A DNA stretch of 64,000 nt from assembly GCA_964607415.1 (NCBI GenBank), contig CAZSKK010000001.1, forward strand, positions 4,190 through 68,189, in the 5' to 3' direction. The stretch is from an uncultured Candidatus Saccharibacteria bacterium. GTDB taxonomy: Bacteria > Patescibacteriota > Dojkabacteria > J137. The notes beneath the pieces are model-generated. The model worked only from the letters and a program-made list of their open reading frames with translations. It did no database searches and had not been told where the DNA came from. Made by a program: the position numbers and the translations under genes. This document shows positions 9,288 through 19,472 of the stretch, piece after piece; position 1 is the first letter of the stretch, and the number at the start of each line of letters is the position of its first letter.

Positions 9288-9620
9288 ATGCGAAACATAG
9301 TTTCAAAAGTATATGCAACAAGTGTTGTTTCAGTAGCGCTTTTTGCATTAACAGCAGGTCTTAACGTAGTTTCTGCTGCATCTAATAGTGATGATGCTGC
9401 TGGATTCTTCTTTTTTATGCTTTATTGCATGGCATGTCTTTGTGGTTTAGCAATAGGATTAATAATTCCATTCTTTGTTTATAAAGATGCTGTAAAAAAT
9501 GAAGTTGAAAACCCAATCCTTTGGGCAGTTGTAACATTCTTTTTTACAATTCCAGGACTCTTGATTTACCTTTTGGCTATCAGACCAGATGCAGTAAAGA
9601 AGAAAGAAGGTGTTAAATAA
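9288..9620 (+). CDS. Small membrane protein with PLDc N-terminal-like domain
   Basis: VYKDA..ILWAVVTFFFTIPGLLIYLL pattern; signal-like N terminus. Confidence 0.65.
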   Translation: MRNIVSKVYATSVVSVALFALTAGLNVVSAASNSDDAAGFFFFMLYCMACLCGLAIGLIIPFFVYKDAVKNEVENPILWAVVTFFFTIPGLLIYLLAIRPDAVKKKEGVK

Positions 9621-9665
9621 GGTAGAGAGGTGAAGAGGTAGAGAGCAATAGAGAAAAATGAAAAC

Positions 9666-9695
9666 TGAAGCCGCGACATTGACGTCGCGGCTTCT
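9666..9695. repeat. Palindrome gaagccgcgac-N-gtcgcggcttc (REP-like, possible terminator)
   Basis: Second copy at about 18583-18614; both follow the 3' end of a plus-strand gene. Confidence 0.75.
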
Positions 9696-9768
9696 TCATA
9701 ATAATCGTACATTAACCTTCCGTTTTGCCGATATTTTTCCTATAATGCTTTTGTATTAATTATAGCTT

Positions 9769-10281
9769 ATGCACCCTAGAAAAACTCTTTTGGTATTAAA
9801 TTCCATTCAACTCATATTTTTTGCAGCATTTACACTTTTTGTATTTTTACTTCCTTCAAACCAGGAAAGAATTTCTTCTCAGTTTGATAATTTCGATCTT
9901 TTTTATAAATTTGTTTTTAAAGGTGCTGTAGGTTTTTTAACATCTGAATATGTGAGTTTAGGGACAGTGTTATTTATTTTGACATTATTATCATTAATTT
10001 CTCTTCTTATTGTTCACGGAAATTTTAGGAAAGTATATGTATTCTCCTTACTGTATTACTTTCTAATAATCATTATTTTCCCTGTTGGGACAATATTGGG
10101 TTTATTGAGTTTGTTTCTTCTGTATGTTCTGTATGAGGATTATAAGCCTTTGGGTAAAGCACCAGCAAATCTAATTACAAATTTAGATGCTAAGATTGAA
10201 ACAACAAGAAAACCTGTAGAGCCTACACATAGAAAAATTATGAAGGAAACAAAACTTCTAGTAGAAGACAACGCCACCTAA
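9769..10281 (+). CDS. Hypothetical multi-pass membrane protein
   Basis: Several hydrophobic helices, FPVGTILG motif. Confidence 0.7.
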   Translation: MHPRKTLLVLNSIQLIFFAAFTLFVFLLPSNQERISSQFDNFDLFYKFVFKGAVGFLTSEYVSLGTVLFILTLLSLISLLIVHGNFRKVYVFSLLYYFLIIIIFPVGTILGLLSLFLLYVLYEDYKPLGKAPANLITNLDAKIETTRKPVEPTHRKIMKETKLLVEDNAT

Positions 10282-11400
10282 TCCATATTCAGCTATTAAT
10301 TTAACGGCTTTTTCTATTTTTTCAGATTTAGGGAATACTATAATCTTTTTGTCTAGCTCAACAAAGTTCTCATTATCAATCGCTTGTATTGGTGTAATTT
10401 CCTCGAACTCTGATTTAATTTTTAAATCGATAATCTGTTTTTCTGTTAGTATATAATTGTCGGGATTCTTTAGTGCAATTTCTCTTTTTTCCCAGATATA
10501 TGCTTTAGTATTAACACTAATAAAGATTTTTTCTCTAGGTAAATCTTTTGAAATGTAATATTGTAAAACTTTTTCATACCATTCATCTGGAGCAATGGGG
10601 CCAGGCAGAATGCTATTTGGAGTTGTATACCCAAACCCTTCAATATGGATCTCATCTGCATAAATTGCAACAAGATTTAAAGCTAAATCGACCTTATAAC
10701 TGGGATCAAAGTTCTTGTAATCAGAGTAATCCACAAAATCACCCCATTTAGTAGGTAGTTGAACAGATAGTTGTATGTTTCTGGATTTTAACAAATCGCT
10801 TAAACTTGTAATTATTTCGTTGTAATTTGTTGTTAAAAATGATGTATCTAAGTGAATTTTTTGAATTGTGCTATTTTTTGTGAGTATATCAATATTGCTA
10901 AGGAATTGATCTTTATTTAAAGATTGCGATTCTACTTGTGGTTTAAAGGTTAGATAAATTGTAATAACATTTTTATCAATTGTATTTATAACTCCATCAT
11001 CTTTTATAACTATATTCTCTGATTTTTCTATTTCAGCTGAAAGGTTAAGTTTATCTGCTTCGGCCTTTGAGCCAGAGTCTAAGGCTAACACTTTGAGATC
11101 AGTTAAGCTTATGGGATCCTTTTTTGTATTGTTCAAATTTTCCGCTTCAATTTGTTCTTTGGATTCTGTAGGGGTATCAATTTCAACAATTTTTAAAATA
11201 GTTCTAGTATTAGAAAAATAGATATATGTTTTGTACAAGATAACTCCACTCAAAAGTCCAAGTATGCAAAAAAGAATAAAGGATGTGAAAAACCAAAGTA
11301 ACTTTTTTAATTTAGAACTTTTATTAGGGGCTGACTTTGATTTAGTAAACTCCTCGTTCTCTGAATAAGTTACGTCTAATGTTTTTACATTTTGGAGCAT
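10258..11400 (-). CDS. Membrane-anchored GH18-like TIM-barrel protein, probably catalytically degenerate
   Basis: PGPIAPDEWYEKVLQY..LPREKIFISV..Y.W and K..L..YGLGGV match YaaH/SleL-type GH18; DxDxE is replaced by IHLDTS. Confidence 0.65.
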   Translation of the reverse strand: MLQNVKTLDVTYSENEEFTKSKSAPNKSSKLKKLLWFFTSFILFCILGLLSGVILYKTYIYFSNTRTILKIVEIDTPTESKEQIEAENLNNTKKDPISLTDLKVLALDSGSKAEADKLNLSAEIEKSENIVIKDDGVINTIDKNVITIYLTFKPQVESQSLNKDQFLSNIDILTKNSTIQKIHLDTSFLTTNYNEIITSLSDLLKSRNIQLSVQLPTKWGDFVDYSDYKNFDPSYKVDLALNLVAIYADEIHIEGFGYTTPNSILPGPIAPDEWYEKVLQYYISKDLPREKIFISVNTKAYIWEKREIALKNPDNYILTEKQIIDLKIKSEFEEITPIQAIDNENFVELDKKIIVFPKSEKIEKAVKLIAEYGLGGVVFY

Positions 11401-11798
11401 TAGTTTTTTGAATCTAAAATTAAATTTACTAACCGATCGGCAAATTTATTTTGAGCTCTAGGTACATGAATAAATCTTATGGATTCAAACATGTTTTTTT
11501 GACTAACAACTTCGTCGAACAATGGCTTTATGTCAGGGCTCGAAACCTTGTACTCGCCGTTTAATTGTTTAACAACAAGTTCACTGTCCAAAAAACATTC
11601 TACCTTAAGAATCTTAGCTTTAAGAAGTGATTTTAAACCAAGAATTAAACCTGTATATTCTGCAAAGTTATTTGTTGCTGTATTTAAATGTTGACCTCCA
11701 AAATCAACAAGTGTATTGTTTTGATCAAATACTAAATATGCACTTGCTGCACTTCCTGGATTCCCTCTGGATCCTCCGTCTGTAAATAGTTTGAACAT
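11400..11798 (-). CDS. rnhA: Ribonuclease HI
   Basis: TDGGSRGNPG, TNNFAEY, DSELVVKQ, HVPRAQNKFADRL. Confidence 0.93.
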   Translation of the reverse strand: MFKLFTDGGSRGNPGSAASAYLVFDQNNTLVDFGGQHLNTATNNFAEYTGLILGLKSLLKAKILKVECFLDSELVVKQLNGEYKVSSPDIKPLFDEVVSQKNMFESIRFIHVPRAQNKFADRLVNLILDSKN

Positions 11799-11880
11799 AT
11801 AATTAAGTTTTAAACAATAAGTTTTAAGTTCTAAGTTTGTTAATAGCTAATAGCTTATAGTCATTAGCTTAGACCATATG

Positions 11881-12038
11881 CCTCTCCTTTAGGACGAGAA
11901 TGCATATTATGCATTCGAGTGCAGCTAATAACTAGCTTCACTCGACAGCACAACGTGCTGTCTCGGGGTGAGGTAAAAATAAAAGTTAAATTTGTCCAGC
12001 TAACCCCTCACCCTGCCCTCTCCCAGAGGGAGAGGGGG
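11881..12038. repeat. Composite REP-like element plus ccctctccc-aga-gggagaggg hairpin
   Basis: Palindromes gaatgcatattatgcattc (11898-11916) and gacagcacaacgtgctgtc (11944-11962) joined by gagtgcagcta..tagcttcactc; cccctcaccctgccctctcccagagggagaggggg at 12004-12038. Confidence 0.85.
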
Positions 12039-12058
12039 AATAGCAAAAATTGCTTGCA

Positions 12059-12721
12059 TTATAGTTGACTCATAAAATACGTAATATTGCTAATCCATTT
12101 AGGTTTGTCTGTGTCAGGTCCTCCGTATGTGCTAATTACGCATGTTAAATCATTATTACACGGTTTTAAGAACTCTTTAGAGATTTTACACGATATTTGG
12201 TTTACTGCATCTTCCCAATTTGCATATTGTACACCATCCAGGTATCCAAAAGGGTTGTAAAGTTTATACGGTATTCTTCCAAAGCCTGATTCATTCCCAG
12301 CAATTGCGACAATAATTTTGTAGTCACCACCACATTCCGTTGCCCTATTAATTATTAACTTTCCAAGCCCTGACATTGGAGAATTGTATCGGCTAAAAAG
12401 GGCTTCAATTTTTGCTGCCTTTTCCTCTAAGACTCTTTCTTCAATTTCACTGATTTTCTGAAATCTTTTGGTTTCTATCTCTTGCTCTATTTCAGGGATG
12501 ATTATTGGCTTTGCTTCCTCTAGTTCTGTCTGAATAAAGTAAGAAGTTTTCGGCTCTTGTTTCAAACTCTCTTTTATAAGGTTTGTTAAGTAATACATAA
12601 CAATTACAGAAGGAACAGTTATCAGAATGGTTAGTGAAGAGGATAAACTAATCTCGAAAAACGTTCTTAAACCTTCTTTTGTTACAAAGCCAAAAATTTT
12701 GGGCGCACTTAAATCGTCCAT
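12059..12721 (-). CDS. Membrane-anchored lysozyme-like (GH73/transglycosylase-like) protein
   Basis: TM helix, IIVAIAGNESGFG with candidate catalytic Glu, NPFG, late Y..W motif. Confidence 0.6.
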   Translation of the reverse strand: MDDLSAPKIFGFVTKEGLRTFFEISLSSSLTILITVPSVIVMYYLTNLIKESLKQEPKTSYFIQTELEEAKPIIIPEIEQEIETKRFQKISEIEERVLEEKAAKIEALFSRYNSPMSGLGKLIINRATECGGDYKIIVAIAGNESGFGRIPYKLYNPFGYLDGVQYANWEDAVNQISCKISKEFLKPCNNDLTCVISTYGGPDTDKPKWISNITYFMSQL

Positions 12722-12817
12722 AAAAAGCTGTTCTGAAATTAGCTAAAACATGTAAACTGAGTTCACAATTTAAAAACTATATAATTTTCATTCAACGAAT
12801 TGAAAATTATTCACATT

Positions 12818-14029
12818 TTACAGCTTTTTGGATTTTTGTTCACCTTTTAGAACTTCTAGAACTTTGAAGCTTCCTCCACTTAAGAATTGAAGCATCATAC
12901 CTCCTCCCATAGAAATATGATTAAATCGTGAAGTTTTTATTTTTAACTTTTGAATCGCTGAAATTGTGTCTCCTCCGCCTGCAACCTTAAAAGATTCTTT
13001 TGGAGCAATATTAATAATAGCGTTACCTACTGCTTTAGTTCCTTCACTAAATGATTCAATTTCAAAAATACCCATTGGCCCATTCCATAGTATTGATTGT
13101 GCTTGGGACAGTTCTTTTTCAAATAGTTCAATTGTTTTTGGACCTATGTCTACACCAATGTTTTTTCCTTTAATTTTTGAGTCAGGTGTTACTTCTATAT
13201 CAGATTCTGCATCAATTTCTTTAACAGTAATATGATCAATAGGAAGGACAATTTCTGATTTATCTTTTGCTTTTTTTAAAATCTCTTTGGCAATTTTAAC
13301 TGAATTTCTATCAATTTTGGATTTACCAATATCTATTCCTTTTGCACTTAAAAAGCTATAGGCCATAGCGCCACCAATTAGAAATTTATCTACTTTCCCA
13401 AGTAAAGTTTCCATTATTGGCACTTTGGAATCAATCTTTGCCCCACCAATCACAGCAATAAAAGGTTTAGCTGGCTTATTCAGTGATGAAAGTTTTTCTA
13501 CTTCATCAGAAAGTGCAAAACCCGCAACACTTGGCATTAGTTTGGCAATTTCATATGTAGATGCGTTCTCTTTATAAACACCAAAACAGTCATTTACGTA
13601 TAAATTTGCAAGGCTAGCTAGTTTTCTAATAAACTCTAATCTTTCTACCGGATCTTTACTTTCTTCTTTTGGATCAAATCTTAAATTTTCGAGCATTAAA
13701 ATCTCGCCAGCACTCATAAATTTAATTGAGTTTTCACAGGAGTTAATATTTGCAAACTTAACTTGTTTACCAAGAAGTTTACCCAATTCAAATCTTACAG
13801 GTATTAAGGAAAGCTCATCCACATATTTCCCTTCGGGTCTACCTAAATGGCCAATTACAATTACTTTGCAATTATTGTCGGATAAAAATTTTATTGTTGG
13901 GATTGATGCTTTTAGTCTTGAAGCGTCTGTAATTACACCGTTTTCTATAGGTACATCCAGGTTGGATCTAACTATTACAATCTTATTTTTAATTTTAAGA
14001 TCAGAAAGTTTTCTTAATGCATTTGACAT
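12818..14029 (-). CDS. pgk: Phosphoglycerate kinase
   Basis: GHLGRP, LENLRF, GGAK, WNGPMG.FE, GGGDT, HISMGGG. Confidence 0.96.
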   Translation of the reverse strand: MSNALRKLSDLKIKNKIVIVRSNLDVPIENGVITDASRLKASIPTIKFLSDNNCKVIVIGHLGRPEGKYVDELSLIPVRFELGKLLGKQVKFANINSCENSIKFMSAGEILMLENLRFDPKEESKDPVERLEFIRKLASLANLYVNDCFGVYKENASTYEIAKLMPSVAGFALSDEVEKLSSLNKPAKPFIAVIGGAKIDSKVPIMETLLGKVDKFLIGGAMAYSFLSAKGIDIGKSKIDRNSVKIAKEILKKAKDKSEIVLPIDHITVKEIDAESDIEVTPDSKIKGKNIGVDIGPKTIELFEKELSQAQSILWNGPMGIFEIESFSEGTKAVGNAIINIAPKESFKVAGGGDTISAIQKLKIKTSRFNHISMGGGMMLQFLSGGSFKVLEVLKGEQKSKKL

Positions 14030-14210
14030 GTTTTATTATAGCATTTTTTGCCAGTTTTGAGAAACACAATAATATTATTAGATATTTGAAAATGAAGAGG
14101 AAATATATATGATAGTTATATAAAAATAACTAATGACGAATAACTAATAACGAATGAAATTCAAATGAAAAATCACCAAACTTGAAATTTGGAGGTTAAT
14201 TCATAATTCT

Positions 14211-15572
14211 TCATTCTTTAGTAATTTTGCCCTTTCCAACGTAATCTTGAAGAACTTTAGGAACTAGTATGCTACCGTCTGCTTGCTGGTAATGCTCTAA
14301 AATGGCTATAAGAATTCTATGAGTAATCCCAGTATCGTTTAGGGTATAGGCATATTTGCTTTGTCCATTTTCATCTTTGTATTTTATATTCAATCTTCTA
14401 GTTTGATAGTCAGTTGTAATACTGTTAGACATTATTTCTGTATAAGAATTTTGACTTGGAGTCCAAAATTCAATATCGTATTTTTTTGCAGCAGCATAGT
14501 AGCCAAGATCGCCTATGCACATGTTAATTACATGATAAGGAATTTCCAGCTCTTGTAATAGCCACTCGTTAAGTGATAAAAGATATTCCTGAGCTTTTCT
14601 TGCTTTATCTAAATCAGCTTCGATTATTAAATTCATTTCTAGCTTATCGAACTGGTGAGTTCTTTTAATTCCTCTTACATCTTTGCCCCAGCTTCCAACT
14701 TCACTTCTAAAACAAGGTGTTTGAGCCATTACTTTAATCATATCTTTAGATAAATCTAAAGTTTTGTCCATAAAATATGCAAAGTTTGCAGGTTCAGATG
14801 AACCAATTAAATAAAGACTGTTTTCATCTTCTAAATACTTTGATTCAAGTTTATACACCTGATCTGCGTCTCCAGGGAAGTGACTACTTCCATACAATGC
14901 TTTCTCTCGAACAAGTACCGGCACAATCATAGGCTCGAATCCTTCCTTGATTAGCTTCTTCATTAAGTGGTTAAAGATAGCATAGATTAATAAAACTCCA
15001 TCACCTTTAATGTAATAAAATCTACTCCCAGAGGTTTTAGCACCGGCATCTAGGTCTATAATGTCTAGCTCAGTTCCTATCTCCCAATGTGGCTTGGGAC
15101 TAAAATCTGAATCTGCATGGAAACCTGTTTTAGGCATAAATTGACCACTATACTCTTCTTTACCTAGTTTATCGCTGCTTAGATATCCAGCTTTTGGTGT
15201 CCATGCTTTAATTTCAACATTATCGGAACTATTTTTACCCATTGGAACTTCATCCAAAGGTACGTTTGGAATCCAATCAATAATTGTTTTCCACTCTGCT
15301 TCTATTACCTCAAGCTCTTTTTCAATTACATCAATTTCTTCTTTTAAAGCTTTGACTTTGTCGATTGTTGCTTGATCTGGTTTTCCTTTTAACCCTTGGC
15401 TTAATTGGTTTCGTATCTCTCTTTTTTCATCCCGTTTTGATATCAAATTACTTCGTATAGAATCTAGTTCAATGAACCTATCTACGTTTACCTTTGAAGA
15501 ATCTGCTCGCCCAATTTTAATAAGCTCTCTAATTTTTTCTGGATTTTTTCTAATGTAGTTTGGGTCAAGCAT
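14211..15572 (-). CDS. serS: Serine--tRNA ligase
   Basis: MLD..IR N-terminal coiled coil, CFRSEVG..G.D.RGI.R.HQF.K.E, AKKYDIE.W.P, TDYQ.RRLNI, TLN.T. Confidence 0.96.
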   Translation of the reverse strand: MLDPNYIRKNPEKIRELIKIGRADSSKVNVDRFIELDSIRSNLISKRDEKREIRNQLSQGLKGKPDQATIDKVKALKEEIDVIEKELEVIEAEWKTIIDWIPNVPLDEVPMGKNSSDNVEIKAWTPKAGYLSSDKLGKEEYSGQFMPKTGFHADSDFSPKPHWEIGTELDIIDLDAGAKTSGSRFYYIKGDGVLLIYAIFNHLMKKLIKEGFEPMIVPVLVREKALYGSSHFPGDADQVYKLESKYLEDENSLYLIGSSEPANFAYFMDKTLDLSKDMIKVMAQTPCFRSEVGSWGKDVRGIKRTHQFDKLEMNLIIEADLDKARKAQEYLLSLNEWLLQELEIPYHVINMCIGDLGYYAAAKKYDIEFWTPSQNSYTEIMSNSITTDYQTRRLNIKYKDENGQSKYAYTLNDTGITHRILIAILEHYQQADGSILVPKVLQDYVGKGKITKE

Positions 15573-15702
15573 ATTTATTAGTAGTAAGTATTAAGTTATA
15601 GGACCGGAACATAGCTTATAGCGTATTGTGTTTGGCGTATAGCGTACTAAGCTAATATGGCTAATTTTAGAACTAATCAACTAAATTTACAATCACTTTA
15701 TT

Positions 15703-16848
15703 CTAACTTTCTTCATCTGCAAGCATTCCTAGTCGTTCTGCCGTTTTTCCCCTTAAAAATTTTGCAATTTTTTGCATATCTTCGCCTCGATTTTGTGAAA
15801 TCTTTTTTAGAAAACTACCTGTAGCGTAAGGATCGTATAGTAAACAGTTCTCAAAAAATCTTACCAATCCAGAAATATGCACAACAACTGTGTCTTTTTT
15901 ATAGCCAGATTTTTCAGCAAGTACTTTTGAAGTATACTGATACGAGTTTTGAGTAGCAATTATTTTTGCTAGCTCCTCAAATAGCACAGGAATTGATCCT
16001 TTGACAGCGAGTTGAGTTAAGTAAATATCAGCTTCAGGGGGTCTAAAGTCACGAGGTCTATTTTGTAAAATTGCATCGTATATGGCAATGTTCTTTAATC
16101 CCTCTCTTACGTCTTTTAAATCAAATATTGCACTTTCAGAGCGTAGCACTTCTAATGCACTATCAATTATAAATCCATTAATATATTCTTTATGTTTATC
16201 AAGGTAGTCTGTAAAAAGCATTGCTCTAGCTAATTTTCTGCCAATTTTCGGAGCATACTGACCCCTTGCAAAAGATTTTAAAAAATCGTGTGATAGATTC
16301 CTAATTGCAACTGTCATAGTTTCGTTTGAGAAATCTGATCGAGTGAGTTTTTTTGCTATTGTTGAAGGATTAATGCCATCCGATAACAGTTCGAGTAGAT
16401 TTCTATAGTGAGGGTTTCTTTGTAGCAAATGAAAAATTGGACTATCTGGCTTGAGCCAATCTTTGATTTTTGGAAAATGCTTAAATCTTTCCTTAATTTC
16501 TGTATGCCCCGCGATTTCTTCAAGTCCAAACTTTTCAAGCTCTTTTGGAGTCATTACGGCTATAGCTGCTTTAGCGCACATTCTTAAACATTTTTTTTTC
16601 TGCTCAAAAGTAAAGTCAACACCAAATTGTTTACGAATTTCTTTATTTGTAAATCCGCCAACAGAATATTTGGCAATAATTATAATCTCACGAACTGAAA
16701 GGTTTGGCTTTGATTTGGAGTACTCTTCTGCAAACTGTAAGTACCTTTCTGCTTCGTTCCACTTATTTAAAGATGCAAATTTTAATAAAATTTCATTGTA
16801 AAGGTTACTTTGTAAACCCTCTTCCTGTGCTAATGGTTGATCATTCAT
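15703..16848 (-). CDS. Hypothetical protein with possible repeated HTH-like segments
   Basis: 381-aa ORF; segments GFTNKEI, GINPSTIAKKL and LAEKSGYKKDTV resemble HTH motifs. Confidence 0.6.
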   Translation of the reverse strand: MNDQPLAQEEGLQSNLYNEILLKFASLNKWNEAERYLQFAEEYSKSKPNLSVREIIIIAKYSVGGFTNKEIRKQFGVDFTFEQKKKCLRMCAKAAIAVMTPKELEKFGLEEIAGHTEIKERFKHFPKIKDWLKPDSPIFHLLQRNPHYRNLLELLSDGINPSTIAKKLTRSDFSNETMTVAIRNLSHDFLKSFARGQYAPKIGRKLARAMLFTDYLDKHKEYINGFIIDSALEVLRSESAIFDLKDVREGLKNIAIYDAILQNRPRDFRPPEADIYLTQLAVKGSIPVLFEELAKIIATQNSYQYTSKVLAEKSGYKKDTVVVHISGLVRFFENCLLYDPYATGSFLKKISQNRGEDMQKIAKFLRGKTAERLGMLADEES

Positions 16849-16865
16849 AGATTAGCTGATAAAAT
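16837..16865 (+). promoter_or_regulatory. Sigma70-type promoter for the glyQS leader
   Basis: TTGATC-N17-TAAAAT with an extended -10 TG. Confidence 0.6.
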
Positions 16866-16871
16866 TAATTC

Positions 16872-17092
16872 ATATGTGGCCCGGCAAGCCAGAATTTGTA
16901 ATAGTGTTATTTATCAATAGTAAAGTGAAACAATAGTACTGTGAGTGTAAAATTGGTTGATTTTAGCAAAATTTAATATCAAGTAGCTAGATTTGTATCT
17001 AGAATTAAGGTGGAACCGCGGTTCGAAGCTCACCACAAGCTCAAGCCGTCCTTAGAACATGATGATATATTGTGTTTTGAGGACGGCTTTTG
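16872..17092 (+). ncRNA. T-box riboswitch (Gly) upstream of glyQS
   Basis: AATTAAGGTGGAACCGCG (17003-17020) pairs with CCGTCCTTA (antiterminator); mutually exclusive terminator aagccgtccttagaaca..tgttttgaggacggctttt; Stem III ctagat-ttgt-atctag. UGGA bulge fits the U73 discriminator of tRNA-Gly. Confidence 0.88.
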
Positions 17093-17162
17093 GTGTTTTA
17101 AGGTTGAAAAGTTTTAACTTTGTAACGTTACAACTTTCTAACTTTTAAACTCTATACAAAAT

Positions 17163-18572
17163 ATGAAAAAATTAGAAAATCTCGACCAATTTAAAGCTTG
17201 GGCAAAGGAGAATGGATTTATTTATCCTTCATCGGAAATTTATGGTGGATTTGCTGCCGTATACGATTATGGACACTACGGAATTTTATTAAAGAATAAT
17301 ATTCAAAACGAATGGATAAAATCAATGATCCAAGATAGAACTGATGTTTTGCTTTTAGATTCTGGAATTTTTATGCATCCAAAAACATGGGTGGCATCTG
17401 GACACGTAGGTGGATTTGATGATGTATTAGTTGAAGACAAAAAAACTCATGCAAGGTATAGAGCAGATCATCTTATAGAAGAGTTCTTTGAGTCAAAAGG
17501 AGAAAAAGTCGATATGGATAAAAAAACTGCAAAAGAACTGGCTGAAATAATTAAAGAAAATAATATTAAATCTCCACAAGGGAATGATTTGACAGAGCCA
17601 AGACCTTTTAATCTTTTGGTTAAATCAAACATGGGAACAACTGATGCTTCTTTTACAGAGGATAATGTCACCTACCTTAGAGGAGAAACCTGCCAAGGAA
17701 TTTATCTTCAATATAAAAACTATCGTGATACGATGAGAGCAAAACTTCCTTTTGGAATTGCTCAGGTGGGAAAGGCATTCCGAAACGAAATTGTAGCTAG
17801 ACAATTTGTTTTTAGAACTCGTGAATTTGAACAAATGGAAATGCAATATTTTCATAAACCTGAAGATAAAGTTGAAAAGTTTGAAATGTGGAAAAACGAG
17901 CGAATGAATTGGCATGTTAATGCTCTTGGAATTAACCCTGAAAATTTAAGGTTCAAAAAGCATGAAAAGCTTATATTCTATGCAACTCAAGCATTTGATA
18001 TTGAATATAACTTTAAAACTCTTGGAGGATTTAAAGAACTGGAAGGAATTCACGATCGTGGGGATTACGATTTAACCCAGCATTCAAAATTCTCGGGAGA
18101 AAAACTTGATTATTTCGATCAGGAATCAAATACAAGATTTACGCCACATATTATGGAAACTTCTGTTGGTTTAAATAGACTTTTAATGATGGTTCTGGAA
18201 GAAGCATATTGTGAGGAAGAACTTACAAATGCAAAAGGAGAAAAAGATTCAAGAGTTGTTTTAAAGATAAAGAAAAACCTTGCACCAATTAAAGTTGCTG
18301 TTTTGCCTTTGTCTAAAAAACCTGAATTACAAGAAAAATCATTTGAAGTTCAGAATTTACTTAAAAATAAGTATATGACCCAATACGATGAAACTGCGTC
18401 AATAGGAAAAAGATATAGAAGACAGGATGAAATAGGAACTCCATATTGTATTACCGTTGATTTTGATACGTTAAACGATAATGCAGTAACTGTCAGAGAT
18501 CGAGACACAATGGCTCAGGAGAGAATAAAGATAAGTGAGCTTGAAGATTATTTACACGAAAAGTTTCAATAG
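17163..18572 (+). CDS. glyQS: Glycine--tRNA ligase, alpha2 (dimeric) type
   Basis: SEIYGG..YDYG, WVASGHV..F.D, YLRGETCQGI, GKAFRNEI..FRTREFEQMEM, IGKRYRRQDEIGTPYC. Confidence 0.97.
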   Translation: MKKLENLDQFKAWAKENGFIYPSSEIYGGFAAVYDYGHYGILLKNNIQNEWIKSMIQDRTDVLLLDSGIFMHPKTWVASGHVGGFDDVLVEDKKTHARYRADHLIEEFFESKGEKVDMDKKTAKELAEIIKENNIKSPQGNDLTEPRPFNLLVKSNMGTTDASFTEDNVTYLRGETCQGIYLQYKNYRDTMRAKLPFGIAQVGKAFRNEIVARQFVFRTREFEQMEMQYFHKPEDKVEKFEMWKNERMNWHVNALGINPENLRFKKHEKLIFYATQAFDIEYNFKTLGGFKELEGIHDRGDYDLTQHSKFSGEKLDYFDQESNTRFTPHIMETSVGLNRLLMMVLEEAYCEEELTNAKGEKDSRVVLKIKKNLAPIKVAVLPLSKKPELQEKSFEVQNLLKNKYMTQYDETASIGKRYRRQDEIGTPYCITVDFDTLNDNAVTVRDRDTMAQERIKISELEDYLHEKFQ

Positions 18573-18582
18573 CCAATATGGT

Positions 18583-18614
18583 ATGAAGCCGCGACGTCGA
18601 CGTCGCGGCTTCAT
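18583..18614. terminator. Perfect palindrome between convergent genes
   Basis: atgaagccgcgacgtcgacgtcgcggcttcat; same family as 9666-9695. Confidence 0.7.
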
Positions 18615-18639
18615 ATATGACAATTCCTGCATGCCACCC

Positions 18640-19353
18640 CTAGTTAAGTAGCTCCTCGAGCGTTGTACTATTATTAATTCTTTCTGTTTCTTTGTTATAA
18701 AAATCTCTTTGCGAAGAAGGATCATACTGCTTAAAAAGCTCTACTGTTTTTTCAAATTCTTCTTCGGTTAGCTCATTACAGTTGATTGGATAAATACCAG
18801 TTAGGTTTACTTCGTCTATTTCAACCGGAAAATGTTCTTTCAGTGAATTACCCGGGAATGCATACAAAGTGTCTGAGCTTAGGGTTCCAATATATGTATT
18901 TTTAGAATAATTAGTTAAAACTGAAAAGTTATCCATACCAGACCCGTTGTTTAGGCTGTAATATAGTGGTTTTACATTTGCTTGGGCAAAACAATAGACA
19001 GAATTTCTTGAAGCAACATTAAGAATTAGTTTTTTTTGAAGGCCTAGATTATCAAACTTCATTTTGTCTATTGTTTTGCCCTCAGAATCAACAGTTTCTA
19101 AAATAATGTCGCGGTCTGTTCGAATTTTTGTTGTAAAAATGTCAAAGTTTTCAACCAGGAAAATATCATTATTAATTCTAACTTCTATTGGAGTGTTATA
19201 AAAGTTTACTACAACAATCTCTTTGTCTTTTATATTGTAAATTGTTGCAGCAAACGTTGACGAAACGACAAGTATAGAGGCGGAAATTATTATAGACCAG
19301 ATTAAAGTTATGTAGATTCGAGATTTGAGTTTTTTGATTAACTTTTTTAGCAT
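18640..19353 (-). CDS. Hypothetical membrane-anchored protein
   Basis: N-terminal TM helix, beta-rich remainder. Confidence 0.65.
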   Translation of the reverse strand: MLKKLIKKLKSRIYITLIWSIIISASILVVSSTFAATIYNIKDKEIVVVNFYNTPIEVRINNDIFLVENFDIFTTKIRTDRDIILETVDSEGKTIDKMKFDNLGLQKKLILNVASRNSVYCFAQANVKPLYYSLNNGSGMDNFSVLTNYSKNTYIGTLSSDTLYAFPGNSLKEHFPVEIDEVNLTGIYPINCNELTEEEFEKTVELFKQYDPSSQRDFYNKETERINNSTTLEELLN

Positions 19354-19472
19354 ACTAATGATTTTTTAAGTTCAAAGGTCAAAGCTCAAAATAATTATAA
19401 TAAAAATTTTTAAAATCGGTTGTTTGAAGTTTAAATTTATTTTGATAGTTTGAATTTTGTTGTTTAGATTAC

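Noticed and set aside
7998-12038. Recurrent palindromes as integron attC sites
   Set aside because: No RYYYAAC/GTTRRRY core ends, they flank housekeeping genes of both orientations, and no integrase is present.
15573-15702. T-box upstream of serS (and likewise lysS)
   Set aside because: No GGTGGNACC motif or terminator; the spacers consist of heptamer repeats.
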